From Longimicrobiales bacterium (GTDB taxonomy: Bacteria > Gemmatimonadota > Gemmatimonadetes > Longimicrobiales > Gaopeijiaceae): DNA of 64,000 nucleotides. Shown one piece after another: positions 62,323 through 64,000 of this stretch. Position 1 is the stretch's first letter. Each line of letters opens with the position of its first letter. Where the stretch lies: assembly GCA_965203485.1 (NCBI GenBank), contig OZ241892.1, positions 3,328,001 through 3,392,000 on the forward strand, given 5' to 3'. The notes under the pieces were generated by a model. That model was not told where the DNA came from. It worked only from the letters and a program-made list of their open reading frames with translations, and did not search any database. Both the position numbers and the translations under genes were made by a program.

Positions 62323-63061
62323 ATGAACGGCAGATGCCGAATCCCTCTCGTGGTCGCCGGAATGCTTTCGGCGGCCTTCCACGCTGGCGTTGCCCCGGTG
62401 GCGGCTGGAGCCAGCCAATCCCCCCCCCCCCCCCCCCCCCCCGATTTCGCGGGTGGAAGTGACGGACGCGCCCAGTGACGCAGCGTCTAGTCGTGTAGCA
62501 ACGGTCTCCCAGGACGATGGTGGCTTGGCCCGGATCGAGACCGTTGCGATTTTGGAGTCGGCGAGTGCCAAGTCGCCGACGAGCCTAGTGGAGACATCCG
62601 AGACGGAACGCGAACCGGTCGTAAGTTGGTTCCCCGGAATTGAACGGCTTGATTGAGCCGAAGACTCGGTGGTGCCAGAAGACTGCGGACTGCCGTCCCC
62701 CGGTTCGAAGGCGGATGATGATGGTTGCCCGGAGGAGATTGCCATAGGTTCTTCCACCCCAAGCTCCGGGGCACCGGGCGAGATCGACGGAAGAATGATC
62801 TCGGTATGCAGGCTCATAGACTCGGAAACTGTCAATAGCAACGTTACAATCGATCTTGTCATTGTCGAATTCGGCTTTGGGGGTGGAAGGAACATATGCC
62901 TCTATGCCGATGGATGTGGTACCGATGGTTGGATGACGATGGAGACGAGGACGGTGGACGGTCGGCGTGTCCCCGTGTTCAGCGGGGACCGGACGCACAT
63001 CTTCGTGCGACCAGTGCGGGCCATAAGCGGGCGAGCCCTGCTCCTAGCGGAGCGTTCTTGA
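62323..63061 (+). pseudogene. Putative exported protein interrupted by a C23 frameshift and an in-frame TGA
   Basis: Signal-like MNGRCRIPLVVAGMLSAAFHAG; frame changes at poly-C 62420-62442; ORFs 62390-62656 and 62669-63061 share a frame. Confidence 0.45.
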
Positions 63062-63471
63062 ACGGACGCGGCCCGGGGGCATGGGTCGCGCCCGCTCACT
63101 CGGGCATCGGGGGGCCGAGCGCGTCTACGATACGGCCTATCGCGGCGAGCAACTGTTAGCCGAACCCGTCAAGAACCGTCTTGGCTCGATAAGACGGCAT
63201 CTTCGAAGCGGTTTTTCTGCAACTGCTCGATACGGTCGGCTCGTTCATTGCCGCCGTGCCCGGAGCAGCGATACGTGGGTTCGGAAGGTTCAACACGCCA
63301 CCGCAGGTAGACACAGTTGGACCAGCCGGCGAGCGCCGTGCGGTTTGCGCAGCCGTCGCCGAGACCGCCGCGCGGCCCGACCTCGGCACTGTACACGTTG
63401 CCGTGCCGGCCAGAACGGGCTTCGCAACTGGCCGCGATCCCCGTCGGCCGCTTTTGACGGCCGAGGCGCCG

Positions 63472-63662
63472 GTGTCCTCGTCCGCGCCCCTTCACGGCTT
63501 CACGCCGTCGCCCCCTTCGGTATCTTCGGACAGTACGCTGGGCCACCGCCGGGCGGCAGACATGCACGCTTTCGGCGTCCCCGTGCGCCCGCTTGCCCCG
63601 GACTCGGCAGCGCCATGCGCACTCAACGTCCGAGCCAGCCAAAGGATGGTATCATGATATCA
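63472..63662 (+). repeat. Diverged ~190-bp direct repeat, copy 2
   Basis: Same conserved blocks as 61426-61615. Confidence 0.8.
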
Positions 63663-64000
63663 CTTCGTGCCGACGGATCAGCCGCCGAACGAGATGCGCG
63701 TGCCGCCGGGAGACCGGGCCGGGCGGCGTCGTTCTCGCGCAAGCTGCCTTTCCGCGTCGAGGATGCGTTCCCGACGACAAGCGTCGCCGCCCTTTCGCCG
63801 GCCTTCGGCCTCCTTGCTGTGCCGGTCCTGGCCGTTGCGGCTTGTTCCACCGGCCCCTGGCCGGAGCCGCCGCCTGTCACCGTCGAGGCCCTGGCCGCCG
63901 AACACGAGGAATGGCGCGTCTACCGCCAAGGCCGTCTGGTGGAGCCGCCGGGAGGCGCGGTGATCTGGATCGGGCTCTGGGAGCTTCGCGAGGGCGAGGT
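63654..64000 (+). CDS. DUF1684-like lipoprotein (runs off the right edge)
   Basis: Manual translation: ...AVPVLAVAACSTGPWPEPP...EHEEWRVYRQGRLVEPPGGAVIWIGLWEL. Start uncertain. Confidence 0.55.
   Translation, partial: MISLRADGSAAERDARAAGRPGRAASFSRKLPFRVEDAFPTTSVAALSPAFGLLAVPVLAVAACSTGPWPEPPPVTVEALAAEHEEWRVYRQGRLVEPPGGAVIWIGLWELREGE

Noticed and set aside
62654..62656. Selenocysteine read-through of the in-frame TGA
   Set aside because: No redox motif context or recognisable SECIS; a nonsense mutation is simpler.

Overview
A GC-rich bacterial window; a Gemmatimonadota-like host is my inference from the gene repertoire. The centre is a ~28 kb defence island (about 15.3-43.6 kb), all on the + strand. 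It holds a type III-B (Cmr) module with an HD-less Cas10 and a Csx1 carrying an extra C-terminal CARF-like domain, then an AAA/PD-(D/E)XK protein and a Fic protein. A complete type I-G module follows (cas3, cas8g/csx17, cas7/csb1, csb2, cas4-cas1, cas2), then one 64-repeat array ended abruptly by an IS3 element. No stand-alone cas6 is present, so both effectors may share one array and Csb2 processing. The III-B part is bracketed by a 38-bp inverted repeat pair. Several spacers overlap one another and imply a TTT PAM. The flanks carry lutABC, pheA, a TRAP solute-binding protein, a TIGR04255/Xre/RES islet with a broken toxin, a VPS10/BNR hydrolase and two arylsulfotransferases. They also carry a SAM-I riboswitch with metX-metB (metB frameshifted), a Tat-exported molybdo-oxidoreductase cluster with a cytochrome b, a second Fic protein and several gene remnants. 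All calls come from motif recognition by eye; no database searches were run.
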